From the NCBI GenBank assembly GCA_000708835.1, contig DF237582.1, positions 1 to 49,115 on the forward strand: DNA of 49,115 nucleotides, written 5' to 3'. The DNA comes from Klebsormidium nitens. Lineage: Eukaryota > Plantae > Klebsormidiophyceae. Both the position numbers and the translations under genes were made by a program. A model generated the notes under the pieces. It was not told the origin of the DNA, did not search any database, and saw only the letters and a list, made by a program, of their open reading frames with translations. Shown piece after piece: positions 22,113 through 35,437 of this stretch (its first letter is position 1; each line of letters opens with the position of its first letter).

Positions 22113-22175
22113 TGGGCCTGGGCCTGGGCCTGGGCCTTGGCCCTGGCCCTGGGCCTTGGCCCTGGGCCTTGGGCC
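22113..22175 (+). repeat. TGGGCC hexamer array (site II-like) upstream of PHO1
   Basis: Seven exact TGGGCC copies (four tandem, at 22113-22136) plus TGGCCC variants. Confidence 0.8.
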
Positions 22176-22410
22176 AGGCTCCTCCGAGCCCGGCCAGGCC
22201 CGTGCTGAAAATGCAGAGCATGGGTGATTTGGGCATCATGGTGGCATTTTACAGTGACTACCTACTCAAGGGTACCTGTTTGAACTTCTGGTGGCAGCTT
22301 GCCCCCCATTCCCTCCCTGTGGCAGACGCACCATGTGCCCTTTGAGTCGGCATCATAGAGTGCTACCCTGCAACAGGAAGGTCCGGTGACGCTAGTGGGC
22401 TCCTGCAGCC

Positions 22411-25400
22411 ATGGTCAAGTTTGCCAAGCACTTGGAGCTGCAGCTGGTTCCGGAATGGAGGGACGCATATGTGAGTCAAGCAGCCAGGTGGCTAACATGC
22501 TTGCTTCCTCGCTTGACAGGGTCTTGTTGAACACCCTGGACATCCTCAGTCAGGGAGTTAGCATGGTGGGAGAGTGGACGGTGGTCACAAGTTGGCAAAT
22601 TCACAAGCTGAGCTTGGGCAACAACGTCCGAGATGCGGTGATGACATCGCGGCGTCCCTTCCTGTGTGTGCAGGTGAGCTACAAGAAGCTCAAGAAGGAC
22701 ATCAAGCGCATTCCCCCCGTCCGCCTGCGCACCTTCCGCGGCTCCAGTGGGGGCAGCGTTCACGGTGGTGGCGAGCAGGACCCCGATGCGGACGGCCAGA
22801 GGACGCCACGCCGCCGCAGCTCGGCATCGCTCAACACCCTCATCCGGCGCAGCAGGTCCCGTGCCCGCCTCCAGCCCGGCACCGACTACATCACCGTAAG
22901 TGCCACCACCAACAAGGGGGGCAGGCCTTCCGGCCGCATCTTCACAACTTGCTGCAGTGTGCAAGTTCTTTGCATGACCAATCACCTTGCCTGCCTATCG
23001 GCTTAAGTTGGACTGCAATTCTATCGCTATACGATGAGGGGCCAGGAGAGGCGGCATGAGAGGCAGGGTCCCACATTGCGATTGCAGACCAGGCTTGATG
23101 CCCCCTGTTGCCCTTTTGCGGTCGTGGCACGGCTCACTGTCATTGCCAGCCCATTTTCGTGGCTGCCAGGTGCGCACCGTGCGCGGCGACGCAGCGGACG
23201 GCAGTGCCGACACATACTACACGGACGTGCTGCCGCCCGTCAACGAGTCCCCCGAGGAGGTCACATTCTTTGCGCGCATGGACGCTCAGCTGAACAAGGT
23301 GCCAAGTCCATACAAACCCCCCCCTCCTTTCCTCCACAAAAGGCCCACCCACATTGCAGCAGGCCCAGTGCCCGTGGCGTCGTTAGGAGCAGTTCAGTGG
23401 CAAGTTGGGGCTGTTTGTCAGGGGCACACGGTTGAAAGCCAGGTTACTGAATGAGGCAGGGCCCCCATTTTTATAAGACCTGCCATCGCAAAAGGAGTCC
23501 CTCTGTCTGCCTCGATCGCTGCTGTTGCATTTGGCCTGGTGAGCGCGTTCTTTTGGCTGGACGGTTGAGCCCGGTGCGTGCCCCCAGGTGAACCTCTTCT
23601 ATGGCAAGAAGGAGCAGGAGTACAGTGCCCGCCTGCAGCACCTGGAGCGCCAGATCGCAGCGCTCAATGAGATGAAGAGCGTGAGGAACCTCCCCTGATT
23701 GAAGCTGCTCTTTCTGTCGATGCCGGAGGGATGAGGGATGTCAAGATTGGTGCCCCTTGAGGGGCAGCAGCTTGCCTGCTTCCTGTACTTGTCGTCCATT
23801 TTGAGAACAAGGACTGTCAAGGACTTACGTTCATGTGCCCAGTTCCTCTGCACTCGAGGATGATTGTCACGAAAGCGTTCTGCTTTGCCCACACGTTGAG
23901 AGGTAGAGTGTGCCTTGCATGCTTGGCTCTTCTGTGATTGTTCCTTTCCCCCGTTTCCCCTCTCTAGGCGCTGGCCAAGAAGCAGGAGCAAATGAACGCT
24001 GCCGCATCTTCCTCGCCTCGTTCTCCTGAAGGGCCCCAGTCCCCCCGTGCTGAGACCGCGCCAGCCGTTGCCAATGAGGCACTTCCCAGGGTGGCGCTGC
24101 AAGAATTGGCCAACGGAAGGGACGCCGACGGAGTGCAGAATGGCAGGCAGGGCGCAGACAGGAGGCGGGAAGCCAGTACGCCTGCGGGCCAGTCGGGGTA
24201 TCGAGATGGGGAGAACTGCCAGCGTGAGGTCAGTAGCAGGCGCTGATGGCTCGCGAACATGGTGGAGTAAGATCGGAGGCCCGGCTGCCATGTGGCTCTG
24301 CCCTATTGTTGCAGCCAGGAGCACACACAAGCATCGGGATGAACGTGGAGTGCCTGCGGAGTGCGCCCTAGCTATACTGACAATGGTCCCAGGACGGATG
24401 TTTTGACCAACTTCTCCTCAGGCATGGCTTCCCCAAACGAGTGCAGGTTGTCAGGCAAAGTGAGGCTGTATCCATCAAAAGGGTAGGTACAGATTTTCCA
24501 CCAAGTTCATCATCGTCCAGAAAATGCATTGGTGCCTGGATTAGTACGGCAAAGGTCAGCAGACAAATTGCCTCCCCTTTCATGCTTTTGCTTTGTTCGG
24601 AAGCATAGTGTGCATCTTTGTAGATTGTTGCTTACCTAGATTTTCTCCACCGGACCGCAGGCAATGGACGGCGAGACGACGATTCCTGACATCAGGAGCC
24701 TGCGCCTGGTCATCCCGGCGGCCACGCCTGTGCTGGCGCTTAACAAGATGTCGCGCGTATTGTGGAACGACATTGCGCGGTCCGGCACGCGTGCGGAGAG
24801 CGTCCTGGCGGAGCTGAGCGACGACGTGACGGAGGTCCTGAAGCAGAGCCGCAGCACCATCAAGAGGGCCGAGAAGCTGCTGCACAGCGCCACCGTCGAG
24901 TTCTACCGCGGCCTCGGCCTGCTCAAGAGCTTCAGGTACCAACATGCCAGCCGCATACTCTGGGCTCCGGCAACTAGTAGCAGAGCGGACTGCCGCTGTG
25001 CTTCGCCCGCCCAGGCCCCGCCCACCTTGAACCCCAAAGGTTACACACGGTCTCTACACTGTCATCCACTTTACCTACGCCATCGGCAGGTACGATATTT
25101 TCCTGAGAGGATGTGGCTCCGTGCGCCCTGGCCCTTGCTCTGAGGCCCTTGTTCGTTGTGCAGCTCGCTGAACACGGTGGCGTTCGGCAAGATCTTGAAG
25201 AAGCACGACAAGGTGGTGGGGTGGACCGCAGCGCGCCCGTACCTGGCTGCGGTGGAGCGCGCGCACTTCTGCGCGTCGCCGGCGGTGGTGCAGATGATGG
25301 CGGCCACGGAGGCGCTGTTCACCAAGCAGTTCGCGGGGGACAGCCACAAGCAGGCCATGCAGGTGCTGCGCCCCGTGCACCGCTCTGCCTCCCACCAGGT

Positions 25401-28400
25401 CACCTACGCGCTCGGTGAGGGCAGCCCCGCAAGCCGAGCCAGGGCGCCGAGCGGAGATGAGACAAACCAGTGGTTATGAATGCTGCTCGACTGTGCTTCA
25501 TAGCACTCACAACTTGTGTGTCTCTTGCCGCAGCTCGCTGATAGTCGCCGAGCCCTTCTCGCCCGCCGCCTGCTCCCCCTGGCTCTGCTGCCTGAGCAGG
25601 GGTCGACACCACTTCGTCCCCCCTCCCCTGCCTGCACTGACGCCCGCGGCTTTGCGTGCGCAGGCTTCTTCAGCGGCTGCATCCTGTCGCTGCTCATCAC
25701 TTTCATCGTGCTCATCTCCAACGCGGGCGGTTACGACCAGCGCGGCGGGGCCGACTACCTCCACTCAGTCTTCCCGGTCTTCACGTAAGATCGCGTATTG
25801 TCTCTCTGTTTGCAAGTAGCCTCTGCACATGGTGTGTGTGTTACGGCCGCCCTCCATTCTCTTGAATGCGTGTTTGCTGCCCACATGCAAGCCAGGGTCG
25901 AGCGTCTCTGCGCCCAGCCTGACAATTGCGTGTGCTGGCTCGCTTGGCCGTGCAGGGCGATGCTGCTGCTGCTGCTGCACATGTTCGTGTACGGCGGCAA
26001 CGTTTACTGCTGGCGCATCAAGCAGATCAACTACTCCTTCATCTTCGAGTTTCGCCCCGGCACTGAGCTGCGCGTCCGCGAGGTGAGACCTCCCTGCCCA
26101 AGTTCGAGGCTGGTGGCGGATTCCTGATGCGCATTTTTTGACCGTGCCAGGTTTAGAACAGGGTCCGAGGCCGGCGTTGGGCCCTCCGCCCGCGGAAGTC
26201 TGCCTCTTTCGCCGGCCCCTTCCTTCGTTCCTCTATGTGTTCCGCTGCCTCTGCTTGGCCGCGGCGCCTGCCGTTGCCCCGTCTGCTGCGTTCGCTGTGC
26301 TCGCGGGGTGAGCTGCGGGTGGTGGCGGTGCGTGGCAGGTGCTGCTGGCGGCGTCGCTGATGACCACGCTCACGCTGGGCGGCATGGTGCTCCACCTCGT
26401 GCTGCACACGGCGGACCCGCGCGTGCACGGCGGCGCTGGCGAGTACATCCCGCTCGCAGTGCTCCTGGTGAGGAGGAGGGTCCTGCCCGACAGGTGTTCG
26501 GTCCGGGCTGATCCGCTGTGCACTTTGAAAAAGGGCGGCACCTGCACACAGGTGCCTGCGTACATTTTGTCGAGGGCAACAGGGCGTCGTAGTCTGTATG
26601 AGCCGAAGGCTGTCGTTCTAGGGGCACAACCACCGGTGTCGTTCTGAGGCGTGCCAGTGTAACTGCTGCGAGGTCATGGGAAGGAATCGTAGAGTCATTT
26701 TCATGTGCTGGGTCGCAACCAGACGAGAGCAGGAAACCGGGGCAAAGCGTGCTGCCTTTCCGTTCGGAAGTTGATTGGCAAACAATTGCGACAAGGATAA
26801 CGCCTGGATCGAGAAGGGTCTGCTTTTGCTTCTGTTGCGAACTTCGTCGCATCCTGGTACGGCCGGTATGGACGGCCCGCCCTTCCTCACACTTTCAAAG
26901 CACCCTGCCGGGCCACACGCGTCCCCTCGACTGTGAGCACTCGCCTCTTTCGGAGCCCCGCCCTTCTGAACCCCGGTACGCTGGGCGCTGCTGTGCAGGT
27001 GTGGCTGGCGGTGTTTTTGTGCCCGCTGGATCTCTTCTGGCGGCCCAGCCGCATGTTCCTGCTGCGCATCCTGCGCCACCTGGCCCTCGCCCCGCTCTAC
27101 CGGGTCATGCTCGCCGACTTCTTCGTGGGCGACCAGCTCACCAGCCAGGTCGCGCAGCTGCCCCCCGCCCCTCCTGCCGGCATGCATTTTGACCCGCACA
27201 GTCGGCTGCAAGGCTCGAAGCAACGTTGTCCTGCTGGCCCTCGGTGGCCGAGGCTCAGCGGTGCTCACTCTGCTTTTGAAGCACTGTAGTTTTGTTAGGG
27301 GCCTCCCCGGGTTCGTTTCCAGGCTGGTGCTGCATCCCTGCTGCACTGGGTCCTGCTTCCGTGGCGTCTCTGTGGTGCGCTCCGGCTCACGTTCTGCGGC
27401 CTGGCGTGTGGCGCAGATTCCGTTCCTGCAGCAGCTGCAGTACTGCTGCTGCTACTACTTCGGCGGCCACTTCAAAAACCGCGACGGCGCCGCCTGCACC
27501 GGCAATGGCACGTACCGCAGCATGCTCTACGTGGTCGCAATCCTGCCCTACTGGTTCCGCTTCGCGCAGGTACGCCCCACCTCGATGGCCGCACTGCTCC
27601 CCCGTGGCCGGCCGGCTCTTCAAGGTCCGAGCTTCAAAGGTCTGCTAGCGTGCACGTATAAGGACCCTTTCCCGTTCCAGCAAGTCTGTCCGTTATCTGT
27701 TTCTCCTTTTCCGAAGAGGCCTGCAGCGATGACCTTGCGTTCCGTGAGCCGGCCTGTTTTCAGCAGGGCCAGCCCGCCTCCCTACCGTCATGGCCTCATG
27801 CATATCCGCAGCTGCACTTTCTTCCGTTCCTCTGCGGCACGCCTCCCTGACACCCCGTTGCGTGCGCGCGTGGCAGTGCTGGCGGCGCTTCTTCGAGGAG
27901 GGCCGCGAGCGCGTGCACGTGGCCAACGCGGGCAAGTACCTGAGCGCCATGCTGGCGGTCAGCTTCCGCCTCTGGTACCTCAACAGCGGCACCCGCGCGG
28001 GCCTCGTCCTGAGCATCATCGCCGCGGTGGTCGCGACCGCGTACCAGGCGTACTGGGACCTGGTCATGGACTGGGGCCTCCTGCGGCGGCACGCTCGCCA
28101 CCCCTGGCTGCGCGACCAGCTCGTGCTCAAACACAACAGCATCTACTACGCCGCCATGGTGAGGCGCGCGCTGCGACGACAGACCTATGACGCCCCACGA
28201 CGCCATTGGGCTGCCAGAGCGCGGGGCAGTCCACAAACTGGCCTTCACTGTAACTCACGGTCCTCTTGAATGACCTGAGGGACACCATTGACGACTCCGA
28301 AGCGATGACAGTCTGCTTCAAGGGATTGTGCGTTAGTGGGCCCGCTGGGTGGTTGACAGGACTGTTGGCAAGCCACGACCAGCTATTACGAGGCCGGCGT

Positions 28401-28991
28401 GCCGACTCTCTCCATGTCCTGCGACTTGGGCCCATCGTGTAGTGGAGGTAAATTCTGACACATACGTCTCCTGGCGCCGTGCCCGCGCGGACTGGCCCCC
28501 TCTCCGCGCTCAGCGTGGCGCGTGCTGGTGTGCGCAGGTGGCGGACGTGGTGCTGCGGCTGGCGTGGATCCAGTCCATCTCGCGCTTCCGCTTCGGGGGC
28601 CGGGTGCCGCCCAGCATCATGACGCTCATCGCGGCGTCGCTGGAGGTGCTGCGCAGAGGGCTCTGGAACTTCTTCCGGTGAGACCTCCCGCCCGGCTGCA
28701 ACTCCTGCTTAAGGGCTGCTAAGCAGCCGTGTGTGCTGCGTCCTTGTGATGGTCGGTGCTGCACAAAGCATGCCGTTTCTCAGCTAGCGGGTGTTGCGAC
28801 CTGAAGTGATGCACTTGCGCCGGGATGGCGCCCGAGACGCCTCATGCAGAGCAGTGGTGCGCGCATCGTGCTGAGCCAGCGGGGTGGGGCGGTGCAGGCT
28901 GGAGAACGAGCACCTGAACAACGTGGGCAAGTTCCGGGCGGTGCGCTCCATCCCGCTGCCGTTCAAGGACCTCGAGGGAGCAGAGGTGTAG
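22411..28991 (+). CDS. PHO1: PHO1-family SPX-EXS phosphate exporter (multi-exon)
   Basis: SPX motifs: [20 protein letters not shown]|[27 protein letters not shown] and [32 protein letters not shown] motifs: [77 protein letters not shown] at 28989-28991. Confidence 0.95.
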
Positions 28992-30570
28992 CACAGCACG
29001 GCGCCGCAAGTCTCGAGAGTCCTGGCGGTGCAGAGCCGTGTGTTGTACATATGTAGGGTGGTGCCGGGCAGGCCAGCAGTGGCGGCCACGAGACAGCTTG
29101 ATGCTGGCGGTACTCGCGACGCTCTGCAGCCCGCTCTGAAGCTACGCATGCGTCAAAGGTAAGTTATGGCCGCAGATCAGTCCTAGAAGACTGCAGCTCA
29201 AAGAACGACAGTTTTGGTCGATTCCAAGATTCATAGTACTCGAAACCTTGATATCAAGGAAACCGGCGAGCCCAGATGGGTCGAGCGGTTCTGACTAGAG
29301 AAATAGAGGGTGACAAGTTGACTTCCTGCTACGTTCAAGCTTAGGAACGGCCAATCCTATAATTGCGACTGCATGCTTTTAATGACGTGTACACTTTTAA
29401 CTGACGAAACATATTTTAATTAGTTCAACAGCTTTTACGCTTACCTTTCGTGGAGGAGTAAATTCATGCAAGTGAATTCGTTTTTATGCATGTAATGAAG
29501 TTCGTTCATTGAGTCAGTGTATGGTGACGCCCCCGGGCCATGAATGATGCGCCGGCGCCTATCCGGTGGATTGCCTTGCATGTTTTGTGCGCACTAGGCT
29601 AGCTTAGGCCTGATCAATGGCTCACTGGTATGAAGAAAGGCATATGCATGCATGTGCATCGCTACCGTGTCCAGACGGTTTGCCATGCATTTTTGAACGT
29701 GTGCCTAGCTGCATGAAATTATCTAATTGAAGGTCTATGATCGATCAGGTTCTCCATGCTCAGTTCGGACCGTCCACGAATTAGACTAGTGACTAGCGCT
29801 GTACACTAAGCGGTACGATGTTCTCTTTTCAAACGCCGTAGCCACACGGGCCATAGGCTTCCATGGCATACATGGGAATCAATGTTTGAGTTCCGAGCGC
29901 CTAGCTTCCTTACCGAATCTGAGCCTGCGCTAAGCCTAGCTAATTTAGTCCAACCTAGCCTGTCAACAGCTTATCCATGTACATTGTGGAGACTATACTG
30001 CAACGCTACTTGGCGAAGCCTGACTGGTGGTTCGTTGAAACTAGGATTGGCACTAATTAGCGGGCACCGGTGATCTCGGTAGGGGTGTAGACCGCGGTTG
30101 GGTACGGAAGCGATTGCGGAGTACCAGTACATATGCACCATGCCGGCCATTAAAAAACCCCTGCCCCGTACTTCATAGCTTTGGGGATCTTTACATGTGG
30201 AGGGGAAAAAGGTACCGACATAATACACATGTAATGTACACTTGTCATGTGACGAGGGCAGAGACTTGGGTGCAGACAAACTTAAAATCGGAGTGAAACT
30301 GGCAGGGGTTTCACGCTCCGAGCTGGGCCAAGTGCGAGAGTACAATAGATCGTAGGGCCTATCTAAATCGGATCGAAGGTCACGCCTTTCACGCTCCGAG
30401 CAAGGGCAAATGCTAGCGCTGTCTCAATAATCGAAACCGGCTGGAGGTCGTCGAGCTTAACGGGCCAGGTCGAAACTAGATGCGGGTGCATACAACCTAT
30501 GTCACGGACCCTGAAAGCAGAAGGAAGAGGTTAGCGACTTCAACAAGAGCGTGGCCGGGCGAGCGGTTGT

Positions 30571-31090
30571 TTAGGAAGGAGCACTTTTCATGCGAGCCTT
30601 GCGTGCAGATGCGGCTGAGAGAAGGAACGTTCGAACAAGCGAATCGAGCAACATGGCGGAGTCTTTGTGCCACGTGGCTTCACAACGACCAAGCAGATAG
30701 TCTAGTTGCAAGCGCGGAGGAGACAGAGCTATTTGTGCCCAGACGGATTGTTCAAGCGCGGCCTCAATATTCAACCACATGAGTCGACGGGAGAGTTCGT
30801 AAGCAGGGCAGACAAGCAGGAAGTGTTCTTCATCTTCAAAGCCGTGAAGAGTACACAAGGAGCAGGCTTTACGGGTTGCGGTGGCGGCTTGGTTAGCATC
30901 ACCGTGCTGGGTACGCGCATTGAGACCGAAACAGCGGGAACGCAAATAGAACTTGATCAAGGCAGATTTACGATCATCACAGAAAAGGTAACGTTCAGCA
31001 GAATAACAGTTCTTGAGTCGAAGATAACGATTGTAGAAGAACTTACGCGCGGCGCAAGTCGCGACTCGATAATCGATTCGACCCGCCCAG
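30571..31090 (-). mobile_element. 5'-truncated non-LTR retrotransposon (LINE) ORF2 C-terminal fragment
   Basis: Frame reads WAGRIDYRVATCAARKFFYNRYLRLKNCYSAERYLF...LIKFYLRSRCFGL...RKACSLCTLHGFEDEEHFLLVCPAYELSRR. CxxC...EDxxHFLxxCPxY is the typical LINE ORF2 C-terminal zinc knuckle. No RT domain or poly-A tail is visible. Confidence 0.8.
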
Positions 31091-31694
31091 CTTAATTAGC
31101 AATTCGGGCGCCGCATGGAATCCATCCGACATGCACTGCAGATTGAAAACTTGAAAGGCTATTCTCAGGGATATGGCAGTTTCAGCTATATCGAGTCTTC
31201 ACGTCAAGTGTATGATTTGCCTCAGCCATGGGTTCTTAAAGTGATAGCTAATGCATGTAAAATGCGGGTGAAAGTGTTAACGCGTACGTGCACAGTTTGC
31301 ACACGTACTGCCGTATATACCGCCAAACATAAGAAACGCGAAATTCAGTAAGTCTCGTGCCACGATGTAAGTAGTTAGGCCGAGCCTGCTTGTCACCCCG
31401 TGCCACCCTGATAATCTAAAAACTCATGTTACTCCCACGCAATCGAGTGTGGTTTGCAGTTGCATACAAGCCAAAGGGTTAGGATTCTATCCAGTGATGA
31501 TTCTTCAATCGCCCTTCCAAATTGGAGCAACTCAGTTGGCCCAATTGCAGAGTGTTAAACGATGAGGGCCCCACAGGCCCCCTCAGGCGGCTCGTCAAAC
31601 ACAAGGCCTTGTATCATATAGGTTACATAGAATGCTGATCGCACGCACCTCATCTGCCCCAGAGCTTCGATAGTCGGGTCAAGGACCGTCCAAA

Positions 31695-34249
31695 TCAATC
31701 TCTTGCCAGACGGATGAGTGGTCCTACTGTCGTGGACACGGTAAAAGCCTTGCCAGAACCTAGCAGGTCGCGAAGGTGAAACCGCATCCCTAAGATGGAG
31801 TACCGCAGATTTTTGCGGCTCAGCTCCGTGTGCAGCATCTCGCGGTACTTGCGCCGGGACAAGTACCCAATCAGCTCCTTCCGGCCCTGCAGCAGCAGCT
31901 CAACCGTCAGCGCCGGCATCGCCACAAATGGCTTCAGCTCGATGAAACAGGCCGAGTGCATCCGCATTCTCGCATACCACAGAAAGAGCCCTCTCCGGGC
32001 TTATGACCTTCTTGGTAGGACGTTCGCAACCTGTGAATGGAACCCGGTGGCAAGTACGTGTGAGCGCTTGCATGGGATGCGCTGGATGCTCCGCGTCACC
32101 TGGACCACGCTCTTGACGAGAAGGCCCACGTTGGGGATGGCGAACCAGAAGGCGGTGCTATCCGCCAGCTGGCGCACCAGCAGGCCCGCCTGGAGGAGCA
32201 AAGACACATGGTACTCGCGCACAGGCGGCCGGCCTGGTCCAGACAGCAGCCGCCACTGTGTGCAGGAGAGCCGCAAGAGCGTGAGTAAGCGCACATACGA
32301 CAAGAGGCACCAGCGAGACACGGCAGCTGCAAAGGGGAGGACACTTGCTGGTGCCTGCTAAGCATGAGCCTCCAGAGGTCTCGGGCACGTCTCTTCCTTG
32401 CCTGGACAGGAGGCAGCACCTTACTGCAGGCCCCCAATCGAGTGCCCTGCCTGCAAAGTGGGCCATCCGAGTGGCCCTCTGCCGCCGCGCCGTGTCCGGT
32501 GAGCCCTCACCAGGAGTGCATGGCTGATGCCGACCTCCACATGGCCAGGAAGCACGCTCTCCAAGAACCAGTCAAAGACCACCACGTGTTCTGGGGGGCT
32601 CTTGGACGCCGCTTGCGCCTGCGCCTGGCGGACCTGCAACGGGAACGCGGCAGGGCCCAGTGTCAGGACAAGAGCCGGCATAAGGGCTGCATGTAGGTGC
32701 CCCTTGCAGCGGAAGAAGGGCTCAAAATTGCGGCCTCGCTGGGGCAGGAGAGGCAGTCACAGCGGTCAAAACGATCATCATAGATGTAATCAGCTGGACA
32801 CTTTTGATGTCCCTCCTGAACGCTTTGTGTCCTACTGCCAATTCGGCAAGAAACCACGAGTCTAGATACAAGTGCAAGCGATTCGGCCAGTCATGAGCAA
32901 GGGACCCGAGTAACGCTGCCAGTGAGCAGGTGTGATTCGAGAAAGACAAGCTCATCCAAGAAATATCATGTCCAGGACGTGCTGTGCCCGGAGTACTGAC
33001 TTGCGCAGTGTAGTCATCCCACAGCATGATGGCATAGTCGTCCCCGGAAGTGACCAGCTTGAACAGGCGGATCCGTCGCCGATGCTTGAGCACCTGAGAA
33101 GAGGATAGGCAGGCTAAGCAGGGGCTCCCTGGCACCAATTGTTGACCAGTAGACGAACCCCCCACTCCAAGCGTAGGCAAGTACAAGGAGTTCCATGAGA
33201 AGACTTTAAAGAACATGTCCCCTCGTTCTTTTTTAAGGTCAAGGATATTGGTCTACAATCTCGTTCGAAAAGCCCACTTACAGTTGAGAAACCCAGCAGG
33301 CGCCAAGACGACGACTCCTGAGCGGTAGCATGGAAGGGACAGCATGAGATGCGGTAAGCTGTTGACAACAAAGACTGCGGATCACTCCTAAACTGTGGCA
33401 CTGCTGTCGTTCCCTCCTCCCTACCTCGGCCTCCCTGTCCACATCGGTCCTGTTCTTCACAATGCTGTAGACCTGCGTCCTGAGGATGACCGGCAAGACA
33501 TCGACTTTCTGCAGCGCCCAAAGGGAAAGGGGTTAGGGCACTGAAAAGACAGCGGCCGCCAGGGGCAGGGGGCAACTCTTCCCATGCCGCTCTCTCTACA
33601 GGAAATGGTTGTCCAGATTAAGGAGGGCAGGTATCGCAGCACCGAGTGTCACTGCACACGCACATGCTCACGCAATTGGAAACATCGCATACAGGTCAAC
33701 AAGTCCTGAGTCACTTCAGCACTGGTTCCAGCAGCGGTTCAGAGCATCTGTCATGAAGTTTGTCAAGAAGTAGCTTACTTTTCGAACTTTTGGAAATTGA
33801 CTATGAAGCAATTGAATCGCTGCTAACACATCGCTCGGTTGCTCCTGAAGCTCTGTGGAGCCGTCCTCCCCATGACCGCCGAGCATGGCCCCTGGCTGCG
33901 GGGCACTTGCTCCCGCATCGCAGCATGCTGCTGCGTCGTTCTGAGAGTGGGTTGATGATACATCTGGGGTTGCTTCAAAACCCCTGCCTTGTTTCTCAGG
34001 CTGTGTGGCGCCACCACTCTGACGGGCGCTACCTATGTTGCTTGAGCTGGTGCCGTCAAACGGAACACCTCCTTGCTCGTGCAGGTCGTGCAAGGAGGTG
34101 CCCCTTGCTTCTTGTTGTGTCCCGCTGCTGCTCCTTTCCCTGGCCTGGTGCTCCTGCGTAAGCTTCAGGAACTTGTTGAAGTCAGGCCCCCCACCACCTG
34201 CGGTGGCCCGCTTGCCGCGCTGCCCCGGGCCAGCAGACAAGCCCTTCAT
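31695..34249 (-). CDS. STK19: STK19-family winged-helix DNA-binding protein (multi-exon; start approximate)
   Basis: Exons give LHSQFPK|VDVLPVILRTQVYSIVKNRTDVDREAE, IRLFKLVTSGDDYAIM, LLQAGLLVRQLADSTAFWFAIPNVGLLVKSVVQ|GRKELIGYLSRRKYREML and LGMRFHLRDLLGSG, matching recalled STK19 motifs. Confidence 0.8.
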
Positions 34250-34858
34250 GCCGACCTACGTGATCACCACCGCAGCCTGCGCATCAGGAGCTCAACTGGC
34301 TCAAAATCCCAAAGAGAACATAGGCTCCGCCCTGGCCCCTTCAGCCTCGTGCTCCAGCTCCTCTTGCAACCTCGATCTGACATACCGTAATTTTAAAACT
34401 TACAAGATACATATCATGTGCGTCGTTGCAGGGATCATCCTCGCTGATTCGGCCCCAATTGCAGCATATTGCGGCTTTCCGATACAAAATCTACCGAAAT
34501 GACTTGCCCGGGAGCCGTCGCAATTCATACCAAAATTTGGCAGCAGGTGTGTGGCCGGGAGTCGCATATGATTGCGTTCTTGACTTGCATACTGAACAGA
34601 TTGTAAAAGCTGGTGGTACAAATTCAGGTCTAAACGGCGCGGCGGTGAAAGCACATGTGAAGAAATCAGGGCTATGAATGTGTGCAGCTCTGAACTTGGA
34701 AGACAGCACTACGGTAGCTGTTACTGTCACTGTCGCAAAACTATCAAAGCATTCTCCTTTTGTTAGTGTCTCTGCCCCGCCAAATAGGTGTAAATCACAC
34801 GCAAACACCTGAAGTCATCAAAGTCGCGACTCTGACAGTGGTTACGGGCTGTGGTTAG

Positions 34859-34921
34859 GACAGTGACAGTGACGCTGACAGTGACGCCGACAGTGACGCC
34901 GACAGTGACATTGACAGTGAC
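34859..34921. repeat. 12-bp minisatellite (GACAGTGACNNN) x about 5
   Basis: Units start at 34865, 34877, 34889, 34901 and 34913. The inverted motif ACTGTCACTGTC lies near 34722, with further GTCACTGTC copies near 35453 and 35720. Confidence 0.85.
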
Positions 34922-35046
34922 CGGGGCTTCACTGTGACATTAGGGTCATGTTGCAAACCTGTGACGGTTCGCGGCAATCGACTAGCGTTTTGTTAGGGTT
35001 ACGTCATTCTCTGCACAAAGGAAGATCAAAATGTGCAGCATAGTCG

Positions 35047-35437
35047 TCAAAAAGTTTTGATGGAAGCAACGACGAGAAGCAGCGCAAGCAGCGTGCTTGC
35101 AGCCAGATCATTTAGTTCTCTTAGAGCCGAAGATGCTGGAAAGCCCCTAGACAACCTTTCCAGCAGTAACGATGAACATACCTGCTTCACCTTCTGCTTC
35201 ACCTTCCGCAGCTCCTCGTCGGCCCATGGAAAGATCTGGTTCGCAAGCCCTGGGTACTCATCCTGTGAGGGGAGCACCCGAGCACCCGACCACGTGGCAG
35301 GAAGTACCCCTTGCGATCGTCCTTGAACCCCGCCTGAACGAGCATGATCCCAACTGGAAGTTGATGCAGGTACGAAGTCCGGAAGTGGTCGTAGATCCAA
35401 CGGCCGAGCCGAGCACTCTCGGCTTCTTTGGCGCACA
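35047..35437 (-). pseudogene. Crypton/NDC10-II-like tyrosine recombinase fragment, frameshifted
   Basis: Two frames join once one copy of the 8-bp duplication AGCACCCG (35273-80, 35281-88) is removed, giving ARLGRWIYDHFRTSYLHQLPVGIMLVQAGFKDDRKGYFLPRGRVLPSQDEYPGLANQIFPWADEEL. This fits the recalled GRW-x-Y-x-LP-x-AGF-x-YxLPR-x-IFPW pattern. Confidence 0.7.

Noticed and set aside
23599-24330. 243-aa minus-strand ORF, and similar ORFs at 22476-22985 and 26618-27346
   Set aside because: Antisense to PHO1 exons and introns, with no independent coding signal.
29640-29647. P1BS-like GCATATGC near PHO1
   Set aside because: It lies downstream of the gene in a palindrome-rich tract where such 8-mers are expected by chance.
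34859-34921. CRISPR-like array
   Set aside because: A 12-bp period with no unique spacers, in a eukaryotic context. It is a minisatellite.
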